Of a DNA stretch of 64,000 bases, positions 36,279 to 46,830 are shown piece after piece. The position numbers and the translations under genes were made by a program. This DNA comes from a bacterium (GTDB lineage: Bacteria > Zhuqueibacterota > QNDG01 > DTFT01). Position 1 is the first letter of the stretch, and the number at the start of each line of letters is the position of its first letter. The stretch is from NCBI GenBank assembly GCA_016933415.1, contig JAFGAX010000024.1, positions 6,861 to 70,860 on the forward strand, read 5' to 3'. The notes under the pieces were generated by a model. The model made no database searches, was not told the DNA's origin, and was given only the letters and a program-made list of their open reading frames with translations.

Positions 36279-37307
36279 ATGAAGCACATTCGAAAGACGG
36301 TTTTCGCCCTTTTCGCTATCCTGCTCTCCTGCCGGAACTCCATACTGCCAATCGAGCCTGTACCCGAAGACATGGGCATGATCCATGCGCCCGGAATTGT
36401 GCGCCTTCACGATTCAACCCTGGTGTGGGTGGCGCTGCCGGGCGACTCCTCCAGCATGGAGGCGGTACAGTGGTCTGTCGACCGGGGGCGTATCGTTGGA
36501 AATGGCTATACCGCGTTGTTTCTTGCGCCGTCCGACACAGGAGCCGCGACGATCCGTATGTCGTCCCGGATGGCGACGGGAATCGTCCGGGATTCCGCGC
36601 GTATCCGGATCTACAAGCAGATCATCATCCTCAAAGCCGATGACTTCAGCCTGTCAACAAGCACCCCTGTGTCGCCGAATTGGCAGCGGTTTGTGCATTT
36701 CATCATCAAGAAGAACATCAAGGCCGGCCTGGGTTTGAAGGGGAAATCCCTGTTTCCGGACAATAAAAACTACAGGGAATACATCAAAACGCTCGCCCGG
36801 AGCGGCCATTTTGAGTTCTGGAATCACGGGTATGATCATATCGTCGGGGCCGTCAGCGCCGACGGAAACAAGTACGATGAATTCAGGAACACGCCCCTGG
36901 GCTACCAGATAGAACAACTGATGCGGACCCAGAATCTGGCGAAGGAGAAACTGGGGCTGACGCTGCATGCCTTTGGGGCGCCCGGAAACGCGATTGACGA
37001 AAACACCTGCGCAGCCATGGCCATGGTACCGGATTTGAAAATCTGGTTTTTCGGCATGGAAACACCCGGGAAACTGAACCTTCCGCGACGGGGAGAAATC
37101 GAATTTCCCGTTCATTGCCCGGATTATGTAAAATTCATTCAGACTTATGATTCGACCCGCTCCTGTCAAGTCTATCAGGTCCATCCGGATACGTGGAACG
37201 ACACCCGATTTGAAGAATTCAAGAAAATAATCGATTTTCTTCTTGCGCATCAAGTCCATTTTTTCAATCCATACGAATACTACAAGGCTCTGGCCGATTC
37301 TATCTGA
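36279..37307 (+). CDS. Lipoprotein with an N-terminal Ig-like module and a polysaccharide-deacetylase-like (NodB/DUF2334-like) domain
   Basis: Lipobox-like AILLSC. Carries IILKADD, FWNHGYDH and HAFGAPGN. The family assignment is from motif memory only. Confidence 0.5.
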   Translation: MKHIRKTVFALFAILLSCRNSILPIEPVPEDMGMIHAPGIVRLHDSTLVWVALPGDSSSMEAVQWSVDRGRIVGNGYTALFLAPSDTGAATIRMSSRMATGIVRDSARIRIYKQIIILKADDFSLSTSTPVSPNWQRFVHFIIKKNIKAGLGLKGKSLFPDNKNYREYIKTLARSGHFEFWNHGYDHIVGAVSADGNKYDEFRNTPLGYQIEQLMRTQNLAKEKLGLTLHAFGAPGNAIDENTCAAMAMVPDLKIWFFGMETPGKLNLPRRGEIEFPVHCPDYVKFIQTYDSTRSCQVYQVHPDTWNDTRFEEFKKIIDFLLAHQVHFFNPYEYYKALADSI

Positions 37308-37522
37308 CCGGCTCACGGGCGCCTGACATCTGCGAGTTCGGGGGCATCGGAGTCGGAAAAACCTGTTGAAAAATGGGGCAAAAATCATTACACTATGTCA
37401 GGACGCTCCGACGGGGGAAGTTCCCGCGACCGGCGCGGTCCGTGCCTCCCCTCGAACGGATCAGATCCCGTATCCGGATCACCGTTGAGGGAAACAGTCA
37501 CGAATGATCCGGAGTCGACTCG

Positions 37523-38647
37523 ATGAACGTTCCATTTCTTGATCTCAAGACCCCGCATGGCCGTTTGAAGAAAGCGCTGTTGGACGCCATCGAACCCGCC
37601 CTTCTCAACGCCCAGTTCATCGGCGGTGAAAACGTCAGTGGATTCGAATCCGAATTTGCTGCGTTCTGCGAATCGCCGCATGCGATCGCGGTGAACAGCG
37701 GCACGGACGCCCTGCGGTTCGCCTTTCTGGCGGCTGGAATCAAACCGGGCGACGTGGTCATCACCGTGCCCAACACCTTCATCGCCACCACCGAGGCAAT
37801 CAGCCAGGTCGGCGCGGAAATCGCGTTCACGGATACGGACAAGAAAAACCATCAGATGGACCCGGTTCGTCTCGAGCAAACCGTCCTGAAGCTGAAACAG
37901 GAAAACCGTCCAGTCCGCGCAGTCGTGCCCGTGCACCTGTTCGGCCATTGCGCGGATATGGACCCGATTTTCGAAATCGCGAAAAAGCACGATCTGCTCG
38001 TCATCGAGGACGCGTGCCAGGCGCACGGCGCTGTGTACAAAGGCGGTAAAAAGGCGGGCGCCATGGCGGCTGTCGGCTGCTACAGCTTCTACCCGGGCAA
38101 GAATCTCGGGGCGTGCGGCGAGGGCGGCGCGGTCGTGACGTCCGACGCGGATATGGACAGGATCGTGCGCATGCTCAGGGACCATGGCCAGAGCAAAAAG
38201 TACATCCATGAAATCGAAGGATACAACGGCAGGCTTGACGCCATACAGGCCGCCATACTCCGGATCAAGCTGAAGCATCTCGGCGAATGGAACGCGGCAC
38301 GGCGGAAAAACGCTAAATTGTACGATCAGCTGTTCGAGGGTGTCAAGGGCGTCACGGTTGTAAAAGAGCCGTCCTGGTCCGCGAGCGTCTACCATCTGTA
38401 CGTGATCAAGGTGGCACATCGGGATGAAGTGATGAAAAAACTCAGCGACAAGGGAGTGGCCACGGCATTGCATTATCCCATTCCCCTGCACCTTCAGGAC
38501 GCGTACAAGGGATTGGGATACAAAAAAGGGGACTTTCCTGTGTCCGAAAAACAGGCGGAAGAAATCCTCTCGCTCCCGATGTTCCCGGAACTGACGGAAG
38601 AGCAGATCCGCTACGTGGTCGCTTCGGTGAAGGAAGCCATCGCATGA
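37523..38647 (+). CDS. DegT/DnrJ/EryC1-family PLP-dependent sugar aminotransferase
   Basis: Carries GTDALR, DACQAHGA, FYPGKNLGA (PLP lysine) and LHYPIPLHLQ. Confidence 0.9.
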   Translation: MNVPFLDLKTPHGRLKKALLDAIEPALLNAQFIGGENVSGFESEFAAFCESPHAIAVNSGTDALRFAFLAAGIKPGDVVITVPNTFIATTEAISQVGAEIAFTDTDKKNHQMDPVRLEQTVLKLKQENRPVRAVVPVHLFGHCADMDPIFEIAKKHDLLVIEDACQAHGAVYKGGKKAGAMAAVGCYSFYPGKNLGACGEGGAVVTSDADMDRIVRMLRDHGQSKKYIHEIEGYNGRLDAIQAAILRIKLKHLGEWNAARRKNAKLYDQLFEGVKGVTVVKEPSWSASVYHLYVIKVAHRDEVMKKLSDKGVATALHYPIPLHLQDAYKGLGYKKGDFPVSEKQAEEILSLPMFPELTEEQIRYVVASVKEAIA

Positions 38648-38678
38648 GACCGCGTTTTACCCGGATTCAAGTCGATCC

Positions 38679-39689
38679 GTGAGTGTAAAACCCGCCACAT
38701 ACTCGCTGGTCTCAATCGTCATACCGATGTACAACGAATCCGGGGCCATACGGCGTTGTCTCGAATCCCTGTTCCTGCAGGATTATCCCCAGGACAGGCT
38801 CGACATCGTGGTCGCGGACGGGTGCTCAACGGACGGATCCGCGGATGTTGTAAAGTCATTTGCTTCAGGCAGGACCAACCTGCGGCTGATAACGAATCCG
38901 AAACAGCGCACGCCCGCGGGTTTGAACGCGGGGATACGCGCTTCCAAGAGTGAAATCGTCATTATTTTGGGAGCGCATACCCGGGTGAAGGAGGATTTCG
39001 TCCGGCTGAATGTGGAGGCTTTGGAGCGGACCGGGGCGAAATGCGCGGGCGGCACCCAGATCAACGTGGGAGACACGTATCTCCAACAGGCCATCGGCAT
39101 TGCCATGGCCTCGCCTTTCGGCCTGGCGAGCGCGCCGTACCGGTTTTCGCGCAGGGAACAGTATGTGGACACGGTCGTGTATGCCGCCTACAAACGGGAA
39201 CTGTTCGACGAGGTGGGTTTTTTCGACGAGGACCTGTTCATCTCCGAGGACGCGGAAATGAACTGGCGGATACGGAAGGCCGGGCACAGAATATTCTTCA
39301 CGCCGAAAATCATTTCCTATTATTACCCGCGGAAGACGATATCCTCCCTGTTCCGCCAGCTCTTCCGGTACGGCATTCTGCGCGTGAATGTCATGAAAAA
39401 GCACCTGGACGCGGTCAAATGGATTCACCTGGTGCCGGTCGCCTGCATGATTCTGGCAGCCGCGCTTCTCCTTCTGGGGCAATGGAAAGCTTTGATTTTA
39501 CTGCTTGGTTTTTACGTCCTGGCCGTGTTATATTATAGCTTGCGAGGCGCTCTGCGGGAGGGAATGCGCTACCTTCCCGTCCTCCCCCTGTTGATGGCGA
39601 TCATCCACCTCGGCTGGGGGGCGGGATTCGTCGTGGGGCTATTCAAGAGCCAGGAGCCATGTCCAAAACCGCAAAAACCCTCATTCTGA
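38679..39689 (+). CDS. Glycosyltransferase family 2 (with C-terminal TM helices)
   Basis: Carries VSIVIPMYNE and a DGCSTDGS (DxD region). The C-terminal hydrophobic segments are also present. Confidence 0.85.
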   Translation: MSVKPATYSLVSIVIPMYNESGAIRRCLESLFLQDYPQDRLDIVVADGCSTDGSADVVKSFASGRTNLRLITNPKQRTPAGLNAGIRASKSEIVIILGAHTRVKEDFVRLNVEALERTGAKCAGGTQINVGDTYLQQAIGIAMASPFGLASAPYRFSRREQYVDTVVYAAYKRELFDEVGFFDEDLFISEDAEMNWRIRKAGHRIFFTPKIISYYYPRKTISSLFRQLFRYGILRVNVMKKHLDAVKWIHLVPVACMILAAALLLLGQWKALILLLGFYVLAVLYYSLRGALREGMRYLPVLPLLMAIIHLGWGAGFVVGLFKSQEPCPKPQKPSF

Positions 39690-41059
39690 TTCTCACGGAT
39701 TTTCTGTCGATCCAAACCGCTTTCTTTCTCTGGTGCCGCCTTCGCAGTTCCATGGGATTTTTTGCGGCGTATGATTTCAAAACAGGTGCGCCCACCGGTC
39801 TGATCATCTATTCCTTCTGGTTCCTGCTGTTTCTTTTTTTCGGCCTGTACCAGGCCTGGCACACGCGTTCCCGCACGGACGAGTTCATCGACATTCTCAA
39901 GGTCGTATCCGTGGGTGTGTTTCTCATTTTCCTGGTCACCTTTGACCTGGAACGGGACCTCGAACGGCCTTTTTCGATCAGCCGTGTGACCGTGCTCCTG
40001 TATTGGCTGTTGATGGTCGTCCTGACCGGGTTCTGCCGGGCCCTGCTCCGGACCGTACTTCGCAAAATGCTCGAACACGGGTACGGCCGCCAGCGAACCG
40101 TGATCGTGGGATGGGGAAAGAAAGCGTGGGAACTTTACAACCAGGCCGAGGCCGCGCCCGCGCTTGGTTATTCCATTGTCGGCTTTGTCCATCCCGGAGA
40201 AAAGACGGTGAAAGGAGCCTACCGGGGCGTGCCCCTGCTGGGCACCCTGGACCGGCTCCACGAGGTCGTGCGGCGCAGAAAGATACACGAAGTCCTGGTC
40301 GCCATACCGCGGCGTTCGGAGCGCGTGCTCGAACAGGTGATTTCCGAATGCAACGGCCTTCCGGTCGGCATGAAAATCGTGCCCGACCTGTACGACGTGA
40401 TCGTCGGCCGGGTGCGCACCAACCAGATTTACGGGTTCCCGCTCATCGAAATCCTGCCCCACCTCATCTCTCCCTGGGAGCGCCGGGTCAAACGTCTGCT
40501 CGATTTCGGATTCAGCCTGCTGGCGCTGACAGCGGCGCTCCCGGTCTGTCTTCTGGTCGCGATCGCGATCAAGATCGATTCAAAGGGGCCCGTGATCTAC
40601 AGCCAGGAGCGCGTGGGCCGGAACGGCCGGCATTTCCGCGTCTACAAGTTCCGCTCCATGATCTGCGATGCGGAAAAGCACTGCGGCCCGGTCTGGGCGA
40701 AGAAGAACGACCCGCGCGTGACCGCAGTGGGCCGTTTACTCCGCAAGCTCAGGCTCGACGAAATCCCCCAGCTGTGGAACGTGCTCAAGGGCGACATGTC
40801 CATTGTCGGCCCCAGGCCGGAGCGGCCCTATTTCGTCGAAAAGCTGAAGACGATCTATCCGCTCTACAGCCGCAGGCTGCTGGTCCGGCCGGGCCTCACC
40901 GGATGGGCACAGGTCAAGGGTCGTTACGACGAGACCATCGAGGACGTCAAAAACAAACTGGAATATGATCTTTATTACCTGGAAAACATGTCTCTCCGCA
41001 TGGACCTGAAGATCGTGCTCTCCACCGTGGCGACCGTCCTCGGGGGCAAAGGGCATTGA
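39659..41059 (+). CDS. Polyprenyl-phosphate sugar phosphotransferase (WbaP/EpsB-like priming enzyme)
   Basis: N-terminal TM bundle plus the C-terminal bacterial sugar transferase domain (RVYKFRSM, DEIPQLWNVLKGDMSIVGPRP, TGWAQV). Confidence 0.9.
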   Translation: MSKTAKTLILILTDFLSIQTAFFLWCRLRSSMGFFAAYDFKTGAPTGLIIYSFWFLLFLFFGLYQAWHTRSRTDEFIDILKVVSVGVFLIFLVTFDLERDLERPFSISRVTVLLYWLLMVVLTGFCRALLRTVLRKMLEHGYGRQRTVIVGWGKKAWELYNQAEAAPALGYSIVGFVHPGEKTVKGAYRGVPLLGTLDRLHEVVRRRKIHEVLVAIPRRSERVLEQVISECNGLPVGMKIVPDLYDVIVGRVRTNQIYGFPLIEILPHLISPWERRVKRLLDFGFSLLALTAALPVCLLVAIAIKIDSKGPVIYSQERVGRNGRHFRVYKFRSMICDAEKHCGPVWAKKNDPRVTAVGRLLRKLRLDEIPQLWNVLKGDMSIVGPRPERPYFVEKLKTIYPLYSRRLLVRPGLTGWAQVKGRYDETIEDVKNKLEYDLYYLENMSLRMDLKIVLSTVATVLGGKGH

Positions 41060-41120
41060 CGGGCGGCCGTCCCCCAAAAGACGCGGCGCGGAATCGAAAG
41101 GACAGAGGAGAAACCGGAAC

Positions 41121-42395
41121 ATGCTCGATCTTCAATTCATACGCGAAAACATCGAAACCGTGCGGAGCGCCTGCAGGGACAAGCGCGCTTCGGTCGACCT
41201 GGACGGACTGCTCGGGATGGACCGGGAGCGGCGAGAGGCCATTCAGAAAGCCGACCAGCTCAAGGCCGAGCGGAACCGCGCGTCCGAGGAAATCGCCCGG
41301 ATGAAGAAGGAGAAACAGGACGCATCCGGCCGGATCGCGGCGATGAAGGCGGTCGGGGATGAAATCAAGGGGCTGGACGAACGGATCCGTAATATTGAAG
41401 GATCCATGCACGACCTTCTCATCCACATCCCAAACATCCCGCACGCCAGCTGTCCGGTCGGGGGGCCGGAGGCCAACCGTATCGTGAAGGAATGGGGAAA
41501 GTTACCGGAATTCGATTTCAAGGTTCAGCCCCACTGGGACATCGGCCCGGCCCTGGGCCTTGTGGACTTCGACCGGGGCAGCCGTCTTTCGGGCTCGAAT
41601 TTCGTCGCTTATTTCGGCATGGGCGCGCGCCTGGAGCGCGGGCTCATCAATTTCATGATCGACCTGCACGTACAGAAACACGGGTACCGCGAAGTCTGGG
41701 TGCCGGCCGTGGTCCGGCGCGAGATGATGTTCGGCACGGGCCAGCTCCCGAAACTCGAAGAGGACATGTATCATTGCGGCAAGGACGACCTCTTCCTCAT
41801 TCCGACCGCCGAGGTGCCGGTCACCAACCTGCACCGGGAGGAAATTTTCGACGGCGCGAAGCTCCCGGTCCGGTACACGGCCTACACGCCCTGCTTCCGC
41901 CGCGAGGCCGGCTCCTACGGCTCGGACACGCGCGGCCTGGTGCGCGTGCACCAGTTCGACAAGGTCGAGATGGTGAAATTCGTGAAACCCGAAACCTCGT
42001 ACGACGAACTGGAAAATCTGCTCGGTAACGCGGAGGACGTGCTTCAGGCCCTGGGGATTCCCTATCGCGTCCTCAGCCTCGCGACCGGCGACATGTCCTT
42101 TGCGGCGGCCAAATGCTACGACATCGAGGCCTGGGCGCCGGGCCTCGGCCGATGGCTCGAGGTGTCGTCCTGCTCCAATTTCGAGGATTTTCAGGCGCGG
42201 CGCATGAATATCCGGTACAGGCCGGAGAAAAGCGGTAAAACGGAATTCGTCCACACGCTCAATGGATCCGGCCTGGCCCTGCCCCGCACCATGATCGCCA
42301 TACTCGAGAACTTTCAGACGGACGAGGGGACCGTGATCGTTCCAGAACCTCTTCGGCCCTATCTCGGCGTGAGCGAGCTGAAGCCGGGGACGTGA
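41121..42395 (+). CDS. serS: Seryl-tRNA synthetase
   Basis: N-terminal coiled-coil arm. Class II motifs PTAEVPVTNL, FRREAGSYG and GSGLALPRTMIAILENFQ. Confidence 0.96.
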   Translation: MLDLQFIRENIETVRSACRDKRASVDLDGLLGMDRERREAIQKADQLKAERNRASEEIARMKKEKQDASGRIAAMKAVGDEIKGLDERIRNIEGSMHDLLIHIPNIPHASCPVGGPEANRIVKEWGKLPEFDFKVQPHWDIGPALGLVDFDRGSRLSGSNFVAYFGMGARLERGLINFMIDLHVQKHGYREVWVPAVVRREMMFGTGQLPKLEEDMYHCGKDDLFLIPTAEVPVTNLHREEIFDGAKLPVRYTAYTPCFRREAGSYGSDTRGLVRVHQFDKVEMVKFVKPETSYDELENLLGNAEDVLQALGIPYRVLSLATGDMSFAAAKCYDIEAWAPGLGRWLEVSSCSNFEDFQARRMNIRYRPEKSGKTEFVHTLNGSGLALPRTMIAILENFQTDEGTVIVPEPLRPYLGVSELKPGT

Positions 42396-42589
42396 AACGG
42401 CTCGCTCTTGCATTTTTAGAGAGTCCGGCCAAGCTATTATATGCTCAGCGGAAAATCTGCCGTGGCCAGGGATACCCTGTTCTGTTTCTTTTGTTATTGA
42501 AGGCGTGTTTTCGTAATATTGAAGGCCAGAACCTCTTCGGCCCTATCTCGGCGAGAGCGAGCTGAAGCCGGGGATGTAAAACGGCTCAC
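42342..42589 (+). repeat. Direct duplication of the last 64 bp of serS (copies at 42342-42405 and 42526-42589)
   Basis: The copies match at 60 of 64 positions, counted by hand. Copy 2 keeps the reading frame and a stop at the same codon position (..KPGT-TGA versus ..KPGM-TAA). A 120-bp AT-richer spacer separates them. Confidence 0.85.
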
Positions 42590-42670
42590 GCAAAGTCGCA
42601 AAGGGCGCAAAGGAAAGACGGGATGAATGGGGTTTGTCCGGCAATGATGGTGTCCTTGCGCTCTTGCGTG
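42587..42670. repeat. Word-repeat hairpin element built from CGCAAAG
   Basis: The left arm CACGCAAAGTCGCAAAGGGCGCAAAGG has CGCAAAG at 42589, 42597 and 42606. The right arm CCTTGCGCTCTTGCGTG (42654-42670) is its imperfect complement. The central 40 bp contains GAATGGGG. Confidence 0.55.
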
Positions 42671-42744
42671 AAAAATATATCCTTTGATTCATTCAATCAA
42701 TGACCTCGGATCAGCATGGACAGGCTCGGAAACGGACGACCCCA

Positions 42745-43500
42745 ATGCATGCCATACTTCTAGCCATTACACCAGACGCTGAAAAAGTGATCGAGGCCGC
42801 GGGCCGGACGGCCTATCAGTCTCTCGACCGCATTTCGGACGAACCGGTCGTGGAGGCGGAGAAGGGAAAGACCGTGCGTGTGTTCCACGGCGGGTTCGCG
42901 CCTGTCGGCAAAACGGTCAAGCCCGGGGACACGTTACGCGCCGGGGGCGAGACCTGGACGGCAAGACGCGCGTGGCGGAATTCCGCGGACCGTTTCATCC
43001 GGATGCTGATCGGAAACGGTCACCTGTCCGTGCTCGAGCACGCCTCGGCCACGATCCGGCTGACCGGCGTTTCGCGCAGCCTGACGCATCAGCTGGTGCG
43101 CCACCGCATGGCCTCCTTCACCCAGCAGTCCCAGCGATACGTGAACGAGGAGACATTCGGGTTCGTCGAACCCCCGAGCGTGGCGGCAAACCCGGAAAGC
43201 CACGAGGCTTTCGTGGACTTCATGGAACGCAGCCGCGAGGTGTACCACCGCCTGCAGGAGATGGGCGTGCGGAACGAGGACGCGCGTTTCGTGCTGCCGA
43301 ACGCGGTGGAAAGCGAAATCGTGGTGACCGCCAATTTCCGCGAATGGCGGCATCTCATCGAGATGCGCGGGGAAAGCGGCGCCCAGTGGGAGATCCGCCG
43401 CGCGGCGGGCGTCATACTCGGGATTCTCCGGGAGCAGGCCCCGTCCGTTTTTTACGATCTGGAATGGGACGAACAGAAGGAAACGGTTGTCCGGAAATGA
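42745..43500 (+). CDS. thyX: FAD-dependent thymidylate synthase
   Basis: ThyX signature RHRMASFTQQSQRY and a downstream Q/W-E-I region (GAQWEIRR). The start is ATG 42745 (MHAILLAITPD) or ATG 42700. Confidence 0.9.
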   Translation: MHAILLAITPDAEKVIEAAGRTAYQSLDRISDEPVVEAEKGKTVRVFHGGFAPVGKTVKPGDTLRAGGETWTARRAWRNSADRFIRMLIGNGHLSVLEHASATIRLTGVSRSLTHQLVRHRMASFTQQSQRYVNEETFGFVEPPSVAANPESHEAFVDFMERSREVYHRLQEMGVRNEDARFVLPNAVESEIVVTANFREWRHLIEMRGESGAQWEIRRAAGVILGILREQAPSVFYDLEWDEQKETVVRK

Positions 43501-43570
43501 GAATTGTTGCGCACATCGGCGCCTCACGGCCGCATCGGGTCTGCCGGCGCTTTAAACCGGGCGGGTCGGC

Positions 43571-45021
<1,451 letters not shown>

Positions 45022-45025
<4 letters not shown>

Positions 45026-46776
45026 CATTGGGAAGCGCTCCGCGGAATACACGGGAAATCAGGGGGGAGAGTTCTGCCGGGCGGAAGTGGGGCCGACGTC
45101 GCCGTTTCCTTCGGTTGAGCGCCGGCCTGATTCCGGTGTTACTGGCGGTTCTGCTGTTCGCGGGCTGTCCCTGGAAACACCGCAAGGCGGACCTGATCCT
45201 GAAAAACGGATTTTTTTTCACCGGGAATCCGCTGAAGTCCGGGGTCGAGATGGTCGCCATACGCGGCAACCGGATCATCGGGCTGGGCCGGACGGAGGAC
45301 GCAAAACGGTACCAGTCGCCCCAGACCCGGGTCATTGATCTGCGGGGCAAGTTCGGCTGCGCCGGATTCAACGACGCGCACCTGCACCTTCTGTACGCGG
45401 GGCAGAGCCTCGAGGAGGTGGACCTGACGGGAGTGACGGGCATCCACGACCTCCAGCGCCGCATCCTGGAGAAAGCCTGGAAGATCCCGTGGGGGTCCTG
45501 GATCATCGGCGGCGGCTGGGATCAGAATCAGTTCCCGAACGGTGAATGGCCGACGAAGCGCGCGCTGGACGACATCGCCCCGGACTTTCCCATGGTGCTC
45601 AGGCGCGTCTGCGGGCATGCGGTGCTCGTCAACAGCAAGGTGCTCGCCATCGCCGGCATCACGGCCAAGACGCCCGATCCCGCGGCCGGGGAGATCATGC
45701 GCGATCCGGTGACCGGAGAGCCGACCGGCGTGCTCAAGGAGGACGCGGTCAAGCTGGTGTCGCAGTACATGCCCGCTGCGACCGAGGAATCGATCAGCCG
45801 CTCCATCGAGCGCGCGCTTGAAGAGGCGAAGCGGTTCGGCGTCACGAGCGTCCAGGATTTCAGCGCCGCCGAGGCCTATCAGGTGTACCGCCGGCTTCTG
45901 GGCGAAGGCCGGCTGACGGCGCGGATTTCCTGCTGGATGCCCCTGGATTCGGATCCTTCGGTTGTTCTCGAACGGAAAACCGAAACGCGCAGCCGGATGC
46001 TTCGGGTCGGATGCCTCAAGGGCATACTGGACGGATCCATGGGCGCGCGCACGGCCGCGCTGAACGCCCCGTATTCGGACGATTCCACGGCCAGGGGCCT
46101 GAATCTGTACACGCAGGACAGGCTGAACGAGCTGGTTCTGCTCGCGGACCGGCACCGTCTGCAGGTCGCCCTGCATGCCATCGGCGACCGCGCCATCCGC
46201 ATGGGACTCACCTCCCTGGAGCTGGCGCAGAAAATCAACGGCCAGCGGGAGAGCCGCCACCGCATCGAGCATGCCCAGGTGCTTGCGCCTTCCGATTTCG
46301 AAGCCTTCAAATCCCTCGGCGTCATCGCCTCCATGCAGCCCGCGCACTGCATCTATGACCTGCCCTGGGCGGAATCGCGGCTCGGACCGGTCCGGTCCGA
46401 GGGCGCCTATGCCTGGAAGTCCGTTCTCGACGCGGGCGGACGCCTCGCTTTCGGCTCCGACTGGCCGGTGGTTCCGCTGAATCCCCTGATCGGGATCTAC
46501 GCGGCCGTGACCCGGAGCGACACGGCCGGTCAGCCCGGCGGCGGCTGGTATCCGAGGCAGAGGCTGACGGTCGAAGAAGCCATCACCGCCTACACGCTCG
46601 GATCGGCTTACGCGGAATTCATGGAGCACGAGCTCGGCTCGCTCGAGCAGGGCAAGCTGGCCGACCTGGTGGTGCTCAACCGAAACCTGCTGACCGTTCA
46701 TCCGGCCGACATACTCCGCGCGCGGGTCGTCTATACGATCGTTGACGGGAAGATCGTCTATGAGGAGGACCCGTAA
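45022..46776 (+). CDS. Amidohydrolase-family metallohydrolase (YtcJ/Amidohydro_3-like), probably lipoprotein
   Basis: The ATG overlaps the gatB TGA. Lipobox-like LLFAGC. Metal motifs are [22 protein letters not shown] and FGSDWPV. Confidence 0.8.
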
Positions 46777-46830
46777 GCCGACGGGGTTCCGCCTTTTCAT
46801 CCGTCCATTTTACCGGGGAGGTAACGGATC

